Positions 1 through 14,201 of a stretch of 64,000 nucleotides of DNA are shown piece by piece (position 1 is the first letter of the stretch; the number at the start of each line of letters is the position of its first letter). Under the pieces are notes generated by a model. That model was given only the letters and a program-made list of their open reading frames with translations, searched no databases and had not been told where the DNA came from. Source of the stretch: the human T2T-CHM13v2.0 reference genome, Homo sapiens; the NCBI RefSeq assembly GCF_009914755.1, contig NC_060948.1; one strand, 5' to 3'. A program made the position numbers and the translations under genes.

Positions 1-263
1 AATCCAAAATCATTGACTGGAAAGGCTGGGAGTCGAAAGGAATTGACTCCAATGGAATGGAATCGAATGGAATGGAAGTGAATAGAATCGAACTAAATCG
101 AATGGAATGGAATTGATAGGAACGGAATGGAAAGGAATGCAATGATTTGGCATGGAATGGAATCGAATGGCATCGAATGGAATGGAATGGAATGCAATGG
201 AATGGAATGTATTAGAATGTAATGAACTTTAATGGAATGTACTCGAATGGATTCGACTGGAAT

Positions 264-278
264 GGAATGTTCTGGAAG
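264..278. promoter_or_regulatory. Putative heat-shock element HSE-A (gGAAt-gTTCt-gGAAg), repeated in every unit
   Basis: Exact match to three alternating inverted nGAAn pentamers, the canonical HSF1 site. Binding is not shown by sequence. Confidence 0.5.
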
Positions 279-543
279 TGAATGGACTCCAATGGAATGG
301 ATTCAAAAGGAATGGAATCGTACGGAATGGAATCTAATGGAATGGAATTAAATGGAAATGAATCAAATTGAATAGCACGGAATTGAATTGAATGGAATGG
401 AATGCAATGGAATCTAATGAAACGGAAAGGAAAGGAATGGAATGGAATGGAAAGGGATGGAATGGAAAGGAATCGAAACGAATGGAATGGAATCGAACTG
501 AAGAGACTGGAATGGAATGCACTGGAATGGAAAGGAGTGTAAT

Positions 544-558
544 GGAAGGTTCTCGAAA
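544..558. promoter_or_regulatory. Putative heat-shock element HSE-B (gGAAg-gTTCt-cGAAa), repeated in every unit except U17
   Basis: Exact nGAAnnTTCnnGAAn match; disrupted by G>T at 57386 in U17. Confidence 0.5.
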
Positions 559-1579
559 AAAATGGAATCGAATGGAATGGAATTGAATGGAACAGAATAG
601 AGTCGAATGGAATTGAATGGAATGGAATGGACTAGAGTGAAATGGAATCGAACCACAAGGAATGGACAGGAATAGAATGGTCTCGAATTGAATGGAATCG
701 TATGGAATGGCATCAAACGGAATGGAATGGACAGCCACGGAATGGAATGCACTCGAATGCAATGGAGTCGAAACTAATGGACTGGAATAGAATGGACTCG
801 ACTGGTACGGACTCCAATGGAATGGAATCGAATGGAAGGGAATCGAACGGAATGGACTCGAAGGGAAAAGACTGCAATGGAAAGGTCTCGAATGGAATGG
901 AAATTAATGGAATGGAATGGAATCGAATGAAATGGAGTCAAAAGGAATGGAATCGAATGGCAAGAAATCGAATGTAATGGAATCGCAAGGAATTGATGTG
1001 AACGGAACGGAATGGAATGGAATCCAAAGGAATGGAATAGAATGGAATGGAATCGAATGGAAAGGACTCGAATGGAAAACACTCGAATAGAATGCAATTT
1101 AATAAAATAGGATCAAATGTAATGGAATGGAATGGAAAGGAATCGAAACGAAAGGAATGGAGACAGATGGAATGGAATGGAACAGAGAGCAATGGTATAG
1201 AATGGAATGGAATCATCTGGAATGGAATTGAATGGAATGGAATAATATGAAATGGAATGGAATGGAATGGAATGGAATGGAATGGAATGCCCTTGAATTA
1301 AATGGACTGGAATGGAATGGACTCGAACAGAGTGGAATGGAAAGTGTTGAGATAGAATGCAATGGACTCCTTCGGAATGGTCTAGTATGCAATGCAATCG
1401 ACTGGCAGGGAATCAAACGGAATGTAATCGAATGGATTGGACTGGAATGCAGTGGACTCGAATAGATTGGAAACGGAATGCAAAGGAATGGAATGGAATA
1501 GTATGGAATGGAATGGAAAGGAATGGAGTGGAATAGACTAGAGTGGAATGGAATGGACTGGAAAGCAATGGACTGGAAT

Positions 1580-1594
1580 GGAACTTTCTTGAAT
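1580..1594. promoter_or_regulatory. Putative heat-shock element HSE-C (gGAAc-tTTCt-tGAAt), repeated in every unit
   Basis: Exact nGAAnnTTCnnGAAn match. Confidence 0.45.
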
Positions 1595-3305
1595 GGACTG
1601 GAATCAAACGGAATGGAATGCAATGCAATCAAATGGCATGGAATAAAATAGAATGAAAGAGAATCAAATGGAATTGAATCGAATGGAATCGAATGGATTG
1701 GAAAGGAATAGAATGGAATGGAATGGAATGGACTCAAATGGAATGGATTCGAATGGAAGGCAAAGGAATGGAATCTATTGGAATGGACTGTAATGGAATG
1801 GAATGGAAGGGATTGGAATGGACTCGAATGGAATGGACTGCAATAGAAAGGATTCGAATGGAATGAAAAAGAATTGAATGGAATAGAACAGAATGGAATC
1901 AAATCGAATGAAATGGAATGGAATAGAAAGGAATGGAATGAAATGGAATGGAAAGGATTCGAATGGAATGCAATCGAATGGAATGGAATCGAACGGAATG
2001 GAATAAAATGGAAGAAAACTGGCAAGAAATGGAATCGAAATGAATGGAGTGTTATGGAACGGACTCAAAAGGAATTGAATGTAATAGAATGGAGTGGAGT
2101 GGACTCGAATATAATGGACTGGAATGGAATGAAATCACATGGAATGGGAACGAATGGAATGGAATGGAAAGGAGTGGAATCGAATGCAAAGGAATCGAAT
2201 GGAAGGGAATGAAATTGAATCAACAGGAATGGAAGGGAATAGAATAGACGGTAATGGAATGGACTCGAATAGAATGGACACGAATGCTCAAATTGAATGG
2301 ACTCCAATGGAATGGAAACGAAAGGAATGTCATCGAATAGAATTGAATCGACTGGAATGAAATCGCAAGAATGGAGTGGAATCAAATGGAATTGAATCGA
2401 AAGGAAAGGAAGCGAATGGACTGAAATGAAATGGAATGGAATTGAATGGAAAGTAATGCAATGGAATAGAATGGAACGAAATTTCACGGAATGGAATCAA
2501 ACTGAATGGAATCAAATCAATGGAATCTAATCAAATGGAATGGAAGGGAATTGAATGGAGTAGATTGGATTGGATGGGATTGGAGTGAAATGTACTGGAA
2601 AGGACTCGAATTTCATGAAACGGAATGGAATGAATTGGAACGGAATGGACTCGAATGGAATGGAATGTCATGGAATGGCATCAAATGGAATGGCATCAAA
2701 TGGAATGGAATCAAATGCAATGGAATGGTATGGAATGGAATGGAATGCATTGGAATGGAATGTCCTCTAATGGAATGGATTCGAGTGGAATGGAATCGAA
2801 TATAATGGAGTCGAATGAAATGGAATTGAAAGGAATGGGATCGAATACAATGGAATATGCTGGAATGTAATGTAATGAACTCGAATGTAATTGACTGGAA
2901 TGGAATGTACATGAATGGAATGTAATCGAATGGAGAGTAATCCAATGGAATAGAATCTAATGCAATAAAATCGACTCAGATAGAGTAGAATGTAATGGAA
3001 TGGAGTGCAGTACAATGGAATGGAATGGAATGCAATGGAATGGAATGGAATGGAATGGAATGGAATGGGATGGAATGGGATGGAATGGTATGGAGTGGAT
3101 AGTAATGGACTGGAGTGAAATGGACTGGAAAGGAATGGACTCAAATTGAAAGGGATCGAAAGGAATGGAGTCAAATGGAATGGTCTGGAATGGAATGAAC
3201 ACGAATGTAATGCAATCCAATAGAATGGAATCGAATGGCATGGAATATAAAGAAATGGAATCGAAGAGAATGGAAACAAATGGAATGGAATTGAATGGAA
3301 TGGAA

Positions 3306-3459
3306 TTGAATGGAATGGGAACGAATGGAGTGAAATTGTATGCAGTAGAAGGGAATAGAATGGAATGCAAGCGAAAGGAAAGGAATGGATTGGAATGGAA
3401 TGGAATTCATTGGAATGGAAGGGAATGTAGTGTAATGGACAGGCCTGGAATAAAGTGGA
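3306..3459 (+). other. Target of the classical DYZ1 Y-sexing PCR (Y1.1/Y1.2-type primers), 154-bp amplicon, one per unit
   Basis: TTGAATGGAATGGGAACGAATGG at 3306-3328 and GGACAGGCCTGGAATAAAGTGGA at 3437-3459 (reverse complement of TCCACTTTATTCCAGGCCTGTCC). Primer sequences recalled from memory, not checked. Confidence 0.75.
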
Positions 3460-3553
3460 ATGCTACGGTCTCGAATGGAATAAAAATGTATGGAATGGAA
3501 TGCAATGAAACGGAATCGAATGTCATAGAATGTAATGGAATGCAAAAAAATGG

Positions 3554-6500
3554 AATCCAAAATCATTGACTGGAAAGGCTGGGTGTCGAAAGGAATTGAC
3601 TCCAATGATATGGAATCGAATGGAATGGAAGTGAATAGAATCGAACTAAATCGAATGGAATGGAATTGATAGGAACGGAATGGAAAGGAATGCAATGAAT
3701 TGGCATGGAATGGAAATCGAATGGCATCGAATGGAATGGAATGGAATGCAATGGAATGGAATGTATTAGAATGTAATGAACTTTAATGGAATGTACTCGA
3801 ATGGATTCGACTGGAATGGAATGTTCTGGAAGTGAATGGACTCCAATGGAATGGATTCAAAAGGAATGGAATCGTACGGAATGGAATCTAATGGAATGGA
3901 ATTAAATGGAAATGAATCAAATTGAATAGCACGGAATTGAATTGAATGGAATGGAATGCAATGGAATCTAATGAAACGGAAAGGAAAGGAATGGAATGGA
4001 ATGGAATGGGCTGGAATGGAAAGGAATCGAAACGAATGGAATGGAATCGAACTGAAGAGACTGGAATGGAATGCACTGGAATGGAAGAGAGTGTAATGGA
4101 AGGTTCTCGAAAAAAATGGAATCGAATGGAATGGAATTGAATGGAACGGAATAGAGTCGAATGGAATTGAATGGAATGGAATGGACTAGAGTGAAATGGA
4201 ATCGAACCACAAGGAATGGACAGGAATAGAATGGTCTCGAATTGAATGGAATCGTATGGAATGGCATCAAACGGAATGGAATGGACAGCCACGGAATGGA
4301 ATGCACTCGAATGCAATGGAGTCGAAACTAATGGACTGGAATAGAATGGACTCGACTGGTACGGACTCCAATGGAATGGAATCGAATGGAAGGGAATCGA
4401 ACGGAATGGACTCGAAGGGAAAAGACTGCAATGGAAAGGTCTCGAATGGAATGGAAATTAATGGAATGGAATGGAATCGAATGAAATGGAGTCAAAAGGA
4501 ATGGAATCGAATGGCAAGAAATCGAATGTAATGGAATCGCAAGGAATTGATGTGAACGGAACGGAATGAAATGGAATCCAAAGGAATGGAATAGAATGGA
4601 ATGGAATCGAATGGAAAGGACTCGAATGGAAATCACTCGAATAGAATGCAATTTAATAAAATAGGATCAAATGTAATGGAATGGAATGGAAAGGAATCGA
4701 AACGAAAGGAATGGAGACAGATGGAATGGAATGGAACAGAGAGCAATGGTATAGAATGGAATGGAATCATCTGGAATGGAATTGAATGGAATGGAATAAT
4801 ATGAAATGGAATGGAATGGAATGGAATGGAATGCCCTTGAATTAAATGGACTGGAATGGAATGGACTCGAACAGAGTGGAATGGAAAGTGTTGAGATAGA
4901 ATGGAATGGACTCCTTTGGAATGGTGTAGTATGCAATGCAATCGACTGGCAGGGAATCAAAAGGAATGTAATGGAATGGATTGGACTGGAATGCAATGGA
5001 CTCGAATAGATTGGAAACGGAATGCAAAGGAATGGAATGGAATAGTATGGAATGGAATGGAAAGGAATGGAGTGGAATAGACTAGAGTGGAATGGAATGG
5101 ACTGGAAAGCAATGGACTGGAATGGAACTTTCTTGAATGGACTGGAATCAAACGGAATGGAATGCAATGCAATCAAATGGCATGGAATAAAATAGAATGA
5201 AAGAGAATCAAATGGAATTGAATCGAATGGAATCGAATGGATTGGAAAGGAATAGAATGGAATGGAATGGAATGGACTAGAATGGAATGGATTCGAATGG
5301 AAGGCAAAGGAATGGAATCTATTGGAATGGACTGTAATGGAATGGAATGGAAGGGATTGGAATGGACTCGAATGGAATGGACTGCAATAGAAAGGATTCG
5401 AATGGAATGAAAAAGAATTGAATGGAATAGAACAGAATGGAATCAAATCGAATGAAATGGAATGGAATAGAAAGGAATGGAATGAAATGGAATGGAAAGG
5501 ATTCGAATGGAATGCAATCGAATGGAATGGAATCGAACGGAATGGAATAAAATGGAAGAAAACTGGCAAGAAATGGAATCGAAATGAATGGAGTGTTATG
5601 GAACGGACTCAAAAGGAATTGAATGTAATAGAATGGAGTGGAGTGGACTCGAATATAATGGACTGGAATGGAATGAAATCACAAGGAATGGGAACGAATG
5701 GAATGGAATGGAAAGGAATGGAATCGAATGGAAAGGAATCGAATGGAAGGGAATGAAATTGAATCAACAGGAATGGAAGGGAATAGAATAGACGGTAATG
5801 GAATGGACTCGAATAGAATGGACACTAATGCTCAAATTGAATGGACTCGAATGGAATGGAAACGAAAGGAATGTCATCGAATGGAATTGAATGGATTGGA
5901 ATGAAATCGCATAGAATGGAGTGGAATCAAATGGAATTGAATCGAAAGGAAAGGAAGCGAATGGACTGAAATGAAATGGAATGGAATTCAATGGAAAGTA
6001 ATGCAATGGAATAGAATGGAACGAAATTTCACGGAATGGAATCAAACTGAATGGAATCAAATCAATGGAATCAAATCAAATGGAATGGAAAGGAATTGAA
6101 TGGAGTAGATTGGATTGGATGGGATTGGAATGAAATGTACTGGAAAGGACTCGAATTTCATGAAACGGAATGGAATGAATTGGAACGGAATGGACTCGAA
6201 TGGAATGGAATGTCATGGAATGGCATCAAATGGAATGGCATCAAATGGAATGGAATCGAATGCAATGGAATGCTATGGAATGGAATGGAATGCATTGGAA
6301 TGGAATGTCCTCTAATGGAATGGATTCGAGTGGAATGGAATCGAATATAATGGAGTCGAATGAAATGGAATTGAAAGGAATGGGATCGAATACAATGGAA
6401 TATACTGGAATGTAATGTAATGAACTCGAATGTAATTGACTGGAATGGAATGTACATGAATGGAATGTAATCGAATGGAAAGTAATCCAATGGAATAGAA

Positions 6501-7098
6501 TCTAATGCAATAAAATCGACTCAGATAGAGTAGAATGTAATGGAATGGAGTGCAGTGCAATGGAATGGAATGGAATGGAATGCAATGGAATGGAATGGAA
6601 TGGAATGGAATGGGATGGAATGGGATGGAATGGTATGGAATGGATAGTAATGGACTGGAGTGAAATGGACTGGAAAGGAATGGACTCAAATTGAAAGGGC
6701 TCGAAAGGAATGGAGTCAAATGGAATGGTCTGGAATGGAATGAACACGAATGTAATGCAATCCAATAGAATGGAATCGAATGGCATGGAATATAAAGAAA
6801 TGGAATCGAAGAGAATGGAAACAAATGGAATGGAATTGAATGGAATGGAATTGAATGGAATGGGAACGAATGGAGTGAAATTGTATGCAGTAGAAGGGAA
6901 TAGAATGGAATGCAAGCGAAAGGAAAGGAATGGATTGGAATGGAATGGAATTCATTGGAATGGAAGGGAATGTAGTGTAATGGACAGGCCTGGAATAAAG
7001 TGGAATGCTACGGTCTCGAATGGAATAAAAATGTATGGAATGGAATGCAATGAAACGGAATCGAATGTCATAGAATGTAATGGAATGCAAAAAAATGG
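3554..7098 (+). repeat. DYZ1 unit U2 (3545 bp)
   Basis: Anchor spacing; 1-bp insertion near 3715 (GGAAATCG); lacks the 15-bp TGACTCAAAT module; extra EcoRI site at 5984. Confidence 0.92.
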
Positions 7099-10000
7099 AA
7101 TCCAAAATCATTGACTGGAAAGGCTGGGTGTCGAAAGGAATTGACTCCAATGGAATGGAATCGAATGGAATGGAAGTGAATAGAATCGAACTAAATCGAA
7201 TGGAATGGAATTGATAGGAACGGAATGGAAAGGAATGCAATGATTTGGCATGGAATGGAATCGAATGGCATCGAATGGAATGGAATGGAATGCAATGGAA
7301 TGGAATGCATTAGAATGTAATGAACTTTAATGGAATGTACTCGAATGGATTCGACTGGAATGGAATGTTCTGGAAGTGAATGGACTCCAATGGAATGGAT
7401 TCCAAAGGAATGGAATCGTACGGAATGGAATCTAATGGAATGGAATTAAATGGAAATGAATCAAATTGAATAGCACGGAATTGAATTGAATGGAATGGAA
7501 TGCAATGGAATCTAATGAAACGGAAAGGAAATGAATGGAATGGAATGGAATGGGCTGGAATGGAAAGGAATCGAAACGAATGGAATGGAATCGAACTGAA
7601 GAGACTGGAATGGAATGCACTGGAATGGAAGGGAGTGTAATGGAAGGTTCTCGAAAAAAATGGAATCGAATGGAATGGAATTGAATGGAACGGAATAGAG
7701 TCGAATGGAATTGAATGGAATGGAATGGACTAGAGTGAAATGGAATCGAACCACAAGGAATGGACAGGAATAGAATGGTCTCGAATTGAATGGAATCGTA
7801 TGGAATGGCATCAAACGGAATGGAATGGACAGCCACGGAATGGAATGCACTCGAATGCAATGGAGTCGAAACTAATGGACTGGAATAGAATGGACTCGAC
7901 TGGTACGGACTCCAATGGAATGGAATCGAATGGAAGGGAATCGAACGGAATGGACTCGAAGGGAAAAGACTGCAATGGAAAGGTCTCGAATGGAATGGAA
8001 ATTAATGGAATGGAATGGAATCGAATGAAATGGAGTCAAAAGGAATGGAATCGAATGGCAAGAAATCGAATGTAATGGAATCGCAAGGAATTGATGTGAA
8101 CGGAACGGAATGGAATGGAATCCAAAGGAATGGAATAGAATGGAATGGAATCGAATGGAAAGGACTTGAATGGAAATCACTCGAATAGAATGCAATTTAA
8201 TAAAAAAGGATCAAATGTAATGGAATGGAATGGAAAGGAATCGAAACGAAAGGAATGGAGACAGATGGAATGGAATGGAACAGAGAGCAATGGTATAGAA
8301 TGGAATGGAATCATCTGGAATGGAATTGAATGGAATGGAATAATATGAAATGGAATGGAATGGAATGGAATGGAATGCCCTTGAATTAAATGGACTGGAA
8401 TGGAATGGACTCGAACAGAGTGGAATGGAAAGTGTTGAGATAGAATGGAATGGACTCCTTTGGAATGGTGTAGTATGCAATGCAATCGACTGGCAGGGAA
8501 TCAAAAGGAATGTAATGGAAGGGATTGGACTGGAATGCAATGGACTCGAATAGATTGGAAACGGAATGCAAAGGAATGGAATGGAATAGTATGGAATGGA
8601 ATGGAAAGGAATGGAGTGGAATAGACTAGAGTGGAATGGAATGGACTGGAAAGCAATGGACTGGAATGGAACTTTCTTGAATGGACTGGAATCAAACGGA
8701 ATGGAATGCAATGCAATCAAATGGCATGGAATAAAATAGAATGAAAGAGAATCAAATGGAATTGAATCGAATGGAATCGAATGGATTGGAAAGGAATAGA
8801 ATGGAATGGAATGGAATTGACTCAAATGGAATGGACTAGAATGGAATGGATTCGAATGGAAGGCAAAGGAATGGAATCTATTGGAATGGACTGTAATGGA
8901 ATGGAATGGAAGGGATTGGAATGGACTCGAATGGAATGGACAGCAATAGAAAGGATTCGAATGGAATGAAAAAGAATTGAATGGAATAGAACAGAATGGA
9001 ATCAAATCGAATGAAATGGAAGGGAATAGAAAGGAATGGAATGAAATGGAATGGAAAGGATTCGAATGGAATGCAATCGAATGGAATGGAATCGAACGGA
9101 ATGGAATAAAATGGAAGAAAACTGGCAAGAAATGGAATCGAAATGAATGGAGTGTTATGGAACGGACTCAAAAGGAATTGAATGTAATAGAATGGAGTGG
9201 AGTGGACTCGAATATAATGGACTGGAATGGAATGAAATCACATGGAATGGGAACGAATGGAATGGAATGGAAAGGAATGGAATCGAATGGAAAGGAATCG
9301 AATGGAAGGGAATGAAATTGAATCAACAGGAATGGAAGGGAATAGAATAGACGGTAATGGAATGGACTCGAATTGAATGGACACGAATGCTCAAATTGAA
9401 TGGACTCGAATGGAATGGAAACGAAAGGAATGTCATCGAATGGAATTGAATGGATTGGAATGAAATCGCATAGAATGGAGTGGAATCAAATGGAATTGAA
9501 TCGAAAGGAAAGGAAGCGAATGGACTGAAATGAAATGGAATGGAATTGAATGGAAAGTAATGCAATGGAATAGAATGGAACGAAATTTCACGGAATGGAA
9601 TCAAACTGAATGGAATCAAATCAATGGAATCAAATCAAATGGAATGGAAAGGAATTGAATGGAGTAGATTGGATTGGATGGGATTGGAATGAAATGTACT
9701 GGAAAGGACTCGAATTTCATGAAACGGAATGGAATGAATTGGAACGGAATGGACTCGAATGGAATGGAATGTCATGGAATGGCATCAAATGGAATGGCAT
9801 CAAATGGAATGGAATCGAATGCAATGGAATGCTATGGAATGGAATGGAATGCATTGGAATGGAATGTCCTCTAATGGAATGGATTCGAGTGGAATGGAAT
9901 CGAATATAATGGAGTCGAATGAAATGGAATTGAAAGGAGTGGGATCGAATACAATGGAATATACTGGAATGTAATGTAATGAACTCGAATGTAATTGACT

Positions 10001-10672
10001 GGAATTGAATGTACATGAATGGAATGTAATCGAATGGAAAGTAATCCAATGGAATAGAATCTAATGCAATAAAACCGACTCAGATAGAGTAGAATGTAAT
10101 GGAATGGAGTGCAGTGCAATGGAATGGAATGGAATGGAATGCAATGGAATGGAATGGAATGGAATGGAATGGAATGGAATGGAATGGAATGGAATGGGAT
10201 GGAATGGGATGGAATGGATAGTAATGGACTGGAGTGAAATGGACTGGAAAGGAATGGACTCAAATTGAAAGGGCTCGAAAGGAATGGAGTCAAATGGAAT
10301 GGTCTGGAATGGAATGAACACGAATGTAATGCAATCCAATAGAATGGAATCGAATGGCATGGAATATAAAGAAATGGAATCGAAGAGAATGGAAACAAAT
10401 GGAATGGAATTGAATGGAATGGAATTGAATGGAATGGGAACGAATGGAGTGAAATTGTATGCAGTAGAAGGGAATAGAATGGAATGCAAGCGAAAGGAAA
10501 GGAATGGATTGGAATGGAATGGAATTCATTGGAATGGAAGGGAATGTAGTGTAATGGACAGGTCTGGAATAAAGTGGAATGCTACGGTCTCGAATGGAAT
10601 AAAAATGTATGGAATGGAATGCAATGAAACGGAATCGAATGTCATAGAATGTAATGGAATGCAAAAAAATGG
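7099..10672 (+). repeat. DYZ1 unit U3 (3574 bp)
   Basis: Anchor spacing; HaeIII/StuI site mutated (AGGTCT at 10560-10565). Confidence 0.92.
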
Positions 10673-13600
10673 AATCCAAAATCATTGACTGGAAAGGCTG
10701 GGTGTCGAAAGGAATTGACTCCAATGGTATGGAATCGAATGGAATGGAAGTGAATAGAATCGAACTAAATCGAATGGAATGGAATTGATAGGAACGGAAT
10801 GGAAAGGAATGCAATGAATTGGCATGGAATGGAATCGAATGGCATCGAATGGAATGGAATGGAATGCAATGGAATGGAATGTATTAGAATGTAATGAACT
10901 TTAATGGAATGTACTCGAATGGATTCGACTGGAATGGAATGTTCTGGAAGTGAATGGACTCCAATGGAATGGATTCAAAAGGAATGGAATCGTACGGAAT
11001 GGAATCTAATGGAATGGAATTAAATGGAAATGAATCAAATTGAATAGCACGGAATTGAATTGAATGGAATGGAATGCAATGGAATCTAATGAAACGGAAA
11101 GGAAAGGAATGGAATGGAATGGAATGGGCTGGAATGGAAAGGAATCGAAACGAATGGAATGGAATCGAACTGAAGAGACTGGAATGGAATGCACTGGAAT
11201 GGAAGGGAGTGTAATGGAAGGTTCTCGAAAAAAATGGAATCGAATGGAATGGAATTGAATGGAACGGAATAGAGTCGAATGGAATTGAATGGAATGGAAT
11301 GGACTAGAGTGAAATGGAATCGAACCACAAGGAATGGACAGGAATAGAATGGTCTCGAATTGAATGGAATCGTATGGAATGGCATCAAACGGAATGGAAT
11401 GGACAGCCACGGAATGGAATGCACTCGAATGCAATGGAGTCGAAACTAATGGACTGGAATAGAATGGACTCGACTGGTACGGACTCCAATGGAATGGAAT
11501 CGAATGGAAGGGAATCGAACGGAATGGACTCGAAGGGAAAAGACTGCAATGGAAAGGTCTCGAATGGAATGGAAATTAATGGAATGGAATGGAATCGAAT
11601 GAAATGGAGTCAAAAGGAATGGAATCGAATGGCAAGAAATCGAATGTAATGGAATCGCAAGGAATTGATGTGAACGGAACGGAATGGAATGGAATCCAAA
11701 GGAATGGAATAGAATGGAATGGAATCGAATGGAAAGGACTCGAATGGAAATCACTCGAATAGAATGCAATTTAATAAAATAGGATCAAATGTAATGGAAT
11801 GGAATGGAAAGGAATCGAAACGAAAGGAATGGAGACAGATGGAATGGAATGGAACAGAGTGCAATGGTATAGAATGGAATGGAATCATCTGGAATGGAAT
11901 TGAATGGAATGGAATAATATGAAATGGAATGGAATGGAATGGAATGGAATGCCCTTGAATTAAATGGACTGGAATGGAATGGACTCGAACAGAGTGGAAT
12001 GGAAAGTGTTGAGATAGAATGGAATGGACTCCTTTGGAATGGTGTAGTATGCAATGCAATCGACTGGCAGGGAATCAAAAGGAATGTAATCGAATGGATT
12101 GGACTGGAATGCAACGGACTCGAATAGATTGGAAACGGAATGCAAAGGAATGGAATGGAATAGTATGGAATGGAATGGAAAGGAATGGAGTGGAATAGAC
12201 TAGAGTGGAATGGAATGGACTGGAAAGCAATGGACTGGAATGGAACTTTCTTGAATGGACTGGAATCAAACGGAATGGAATGCAATGCAATCAAATGGCA
12301 TGGAATAAAATAGAATGAAAGAGAATCAAATGGAATTGAATCGAATGGAATCGAATGGATTGGAAAGGAATAGAATGGAATGGAATGGAATGGACTAGAA
12401 TGGAATGGATTCGAATGGAAGGCAAAGGAATGGAATCTATTGGAATGGACTGTAATGGAATGGAATGGAAGGGATTGGAATGGACTCGAATGGAATGGAC
12501 TGCAATAGAAAGGATTCGAATGGAATGAAAAAGAATTGAATGGAATAGAACAGAATGGAATCAAATCGAATGAAATGGAATGGAATAGAAAGGAATGGAA
12601 TGAAATGGAATGGAAAGGATTCGAATGGAATGCAATCGAATGGAATGGAATCGAACGGAATGGAATAAAATGGAAGAAAACTGGCAAGAAATGGAATCGA
12701 AATGAATGGAGTGTTATGGAATGGACTCAAAAGGAATTGAATGTAATAGAATGGAGTGGAGTGGACTCGAATATAATGGACTGGAATGGAATGAAATCAC
12801 ATGGAATGGGAACGAATGGAATGGAATGGAAAGGAATGGAATCGAATGGAAAGGAATCGAACGGAAGGGAATGAAATTGAATCAACAGGAATGGAAGGGA
12901 ATAGAATAGACGGTAATGGAATGGACTCGAATAGAATGGACACGAATGCTGAAATCGAATGGACTCGAATGGAATGGAAACGAAAGGAATGTCATCGAAT
13001 GGAATTGAATGGATTGGAATGAAATCGCATAGAATGGAGTGGAATCAAATGGAATTGAATCGAAAGGAAAGGAAGCGAATGGACTGAAATGAAATGGAAT
13101 GGAATTGAATGGAAAGTAATGCAATGGAATAGAATGGAACGAAATTTCACGGAATGGAATCAAACTGAATGGAATCAAATCAATGGAATCAAATCAAATG
13201 GAATGGAAAGGAATTGAATGGAGTAGATTGGATTGGATGGGATTGGAATGAAATGTACTGGAAAGGACTCGAATTTCATGAAACGGAATGGAATGAATTG
13301 GAACGGAATGGACTCGAATGGAATGGAATGTCATGGAATGGCATCAAATGGAATGGTATCAAATGGAATGGAATCGAATGCAATGGAATGCTATGGAATG
13401 GAATGGAATGCATTGGAATGGAATGTCCTCTAATGGAATGGATTCGAGTGGAATGGAATCGAATATAATGGAGTCGAATGAAATGGAATTGAAAGGAATG
13501 GGATCGAATACAATGGAATATACTGGAATGTAATGTAATGAACTCGAATGTAATTGACTGGAATGGAATGTACATGAATGGAATGTAATCGAATGGAAAG

Positions 13601-14201
13601 TAATCCAATGGAATAGAATCTAATGCAATAAAATCGACTCAGATAGAGTAGAATGTAATGGAATGGAGTGTAGTGCAATGGAATGGAATGGAATGGAATG
13701 CAATTGAATGGAATGGAATTGAATGGGATGGAATGGTATGGAATGGATAGTAATGGACTGGAGTGAAATGGACTGGAAAGGAATGGACTCAAATTGAAAG
13801 GGCTCGAAAGGAATGGAGTCAAATGGAATGGTCTGGAATGGAATGAACACGAATGTAATGCAATCCAATAGAATGGAATCGAATGGCATGGAATATAAAG
13901 AAATGGAATCGAAGAGAATGGAAACAAATGGAATGGAATTGAATGGAATGGAATTGAATGGAATGCGAACGAATGGAGTGAAATTGTATGCAGTAGAAGG
14001 GAATAGAATGGAATGCAAGCGAAAGGAAAGGAATGGATTGGAATGGAATGGAATTCATTGGAATGGAAGGGAATGTAGTGTAATGGACAGGCCTGGAATA
14101 AAGTGGAATGCTACTGTCTCGAATGGAATAAAAATGTATGGAATGGAATGCAATGAAACGGAATCGAATGTCATAGAATGTAATGGAATGCAAAAAAATG
14201 G
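10673..14201 (+). repeat. DYZ1 unit U4 (3529 bp)
   Basis: Anchor spacing; short interrupted GGAAT tract near 13700; lacks the TGACTCAAAT module. Confidence 0.92.

Larger units (their letters stand above)
1..3553 (+). repeat. DYZ1 unit U1 (3553 bp), relatively divergent
   Basis: Anchor at 1 and again at 3554; many private SNVs and a 1-bp deletion near 2367 (CGCAAGAAT vs CGCATAGAAT). Confidence 0.92.

Noticed and set aside
1098-1110. AATAAA hexamers (e.g. TTTAATAAAATAG) as polyadenylation signals of a DYZ1 ncRNA
   Set aside because: AATAAA arises easily from GGAAT-GGAAT by G>A changes and occurs several times per unit. DYZ1 transcripts have been reported, but no transcript boundaries can be supported from sequence alone.
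2477-2491. CGAAATTTCACGGAA and CGAATTTCATGAAA as additional HSEs
   Set aside because: Only two in-register units or wrong spacing; not canonical trimeric sites.
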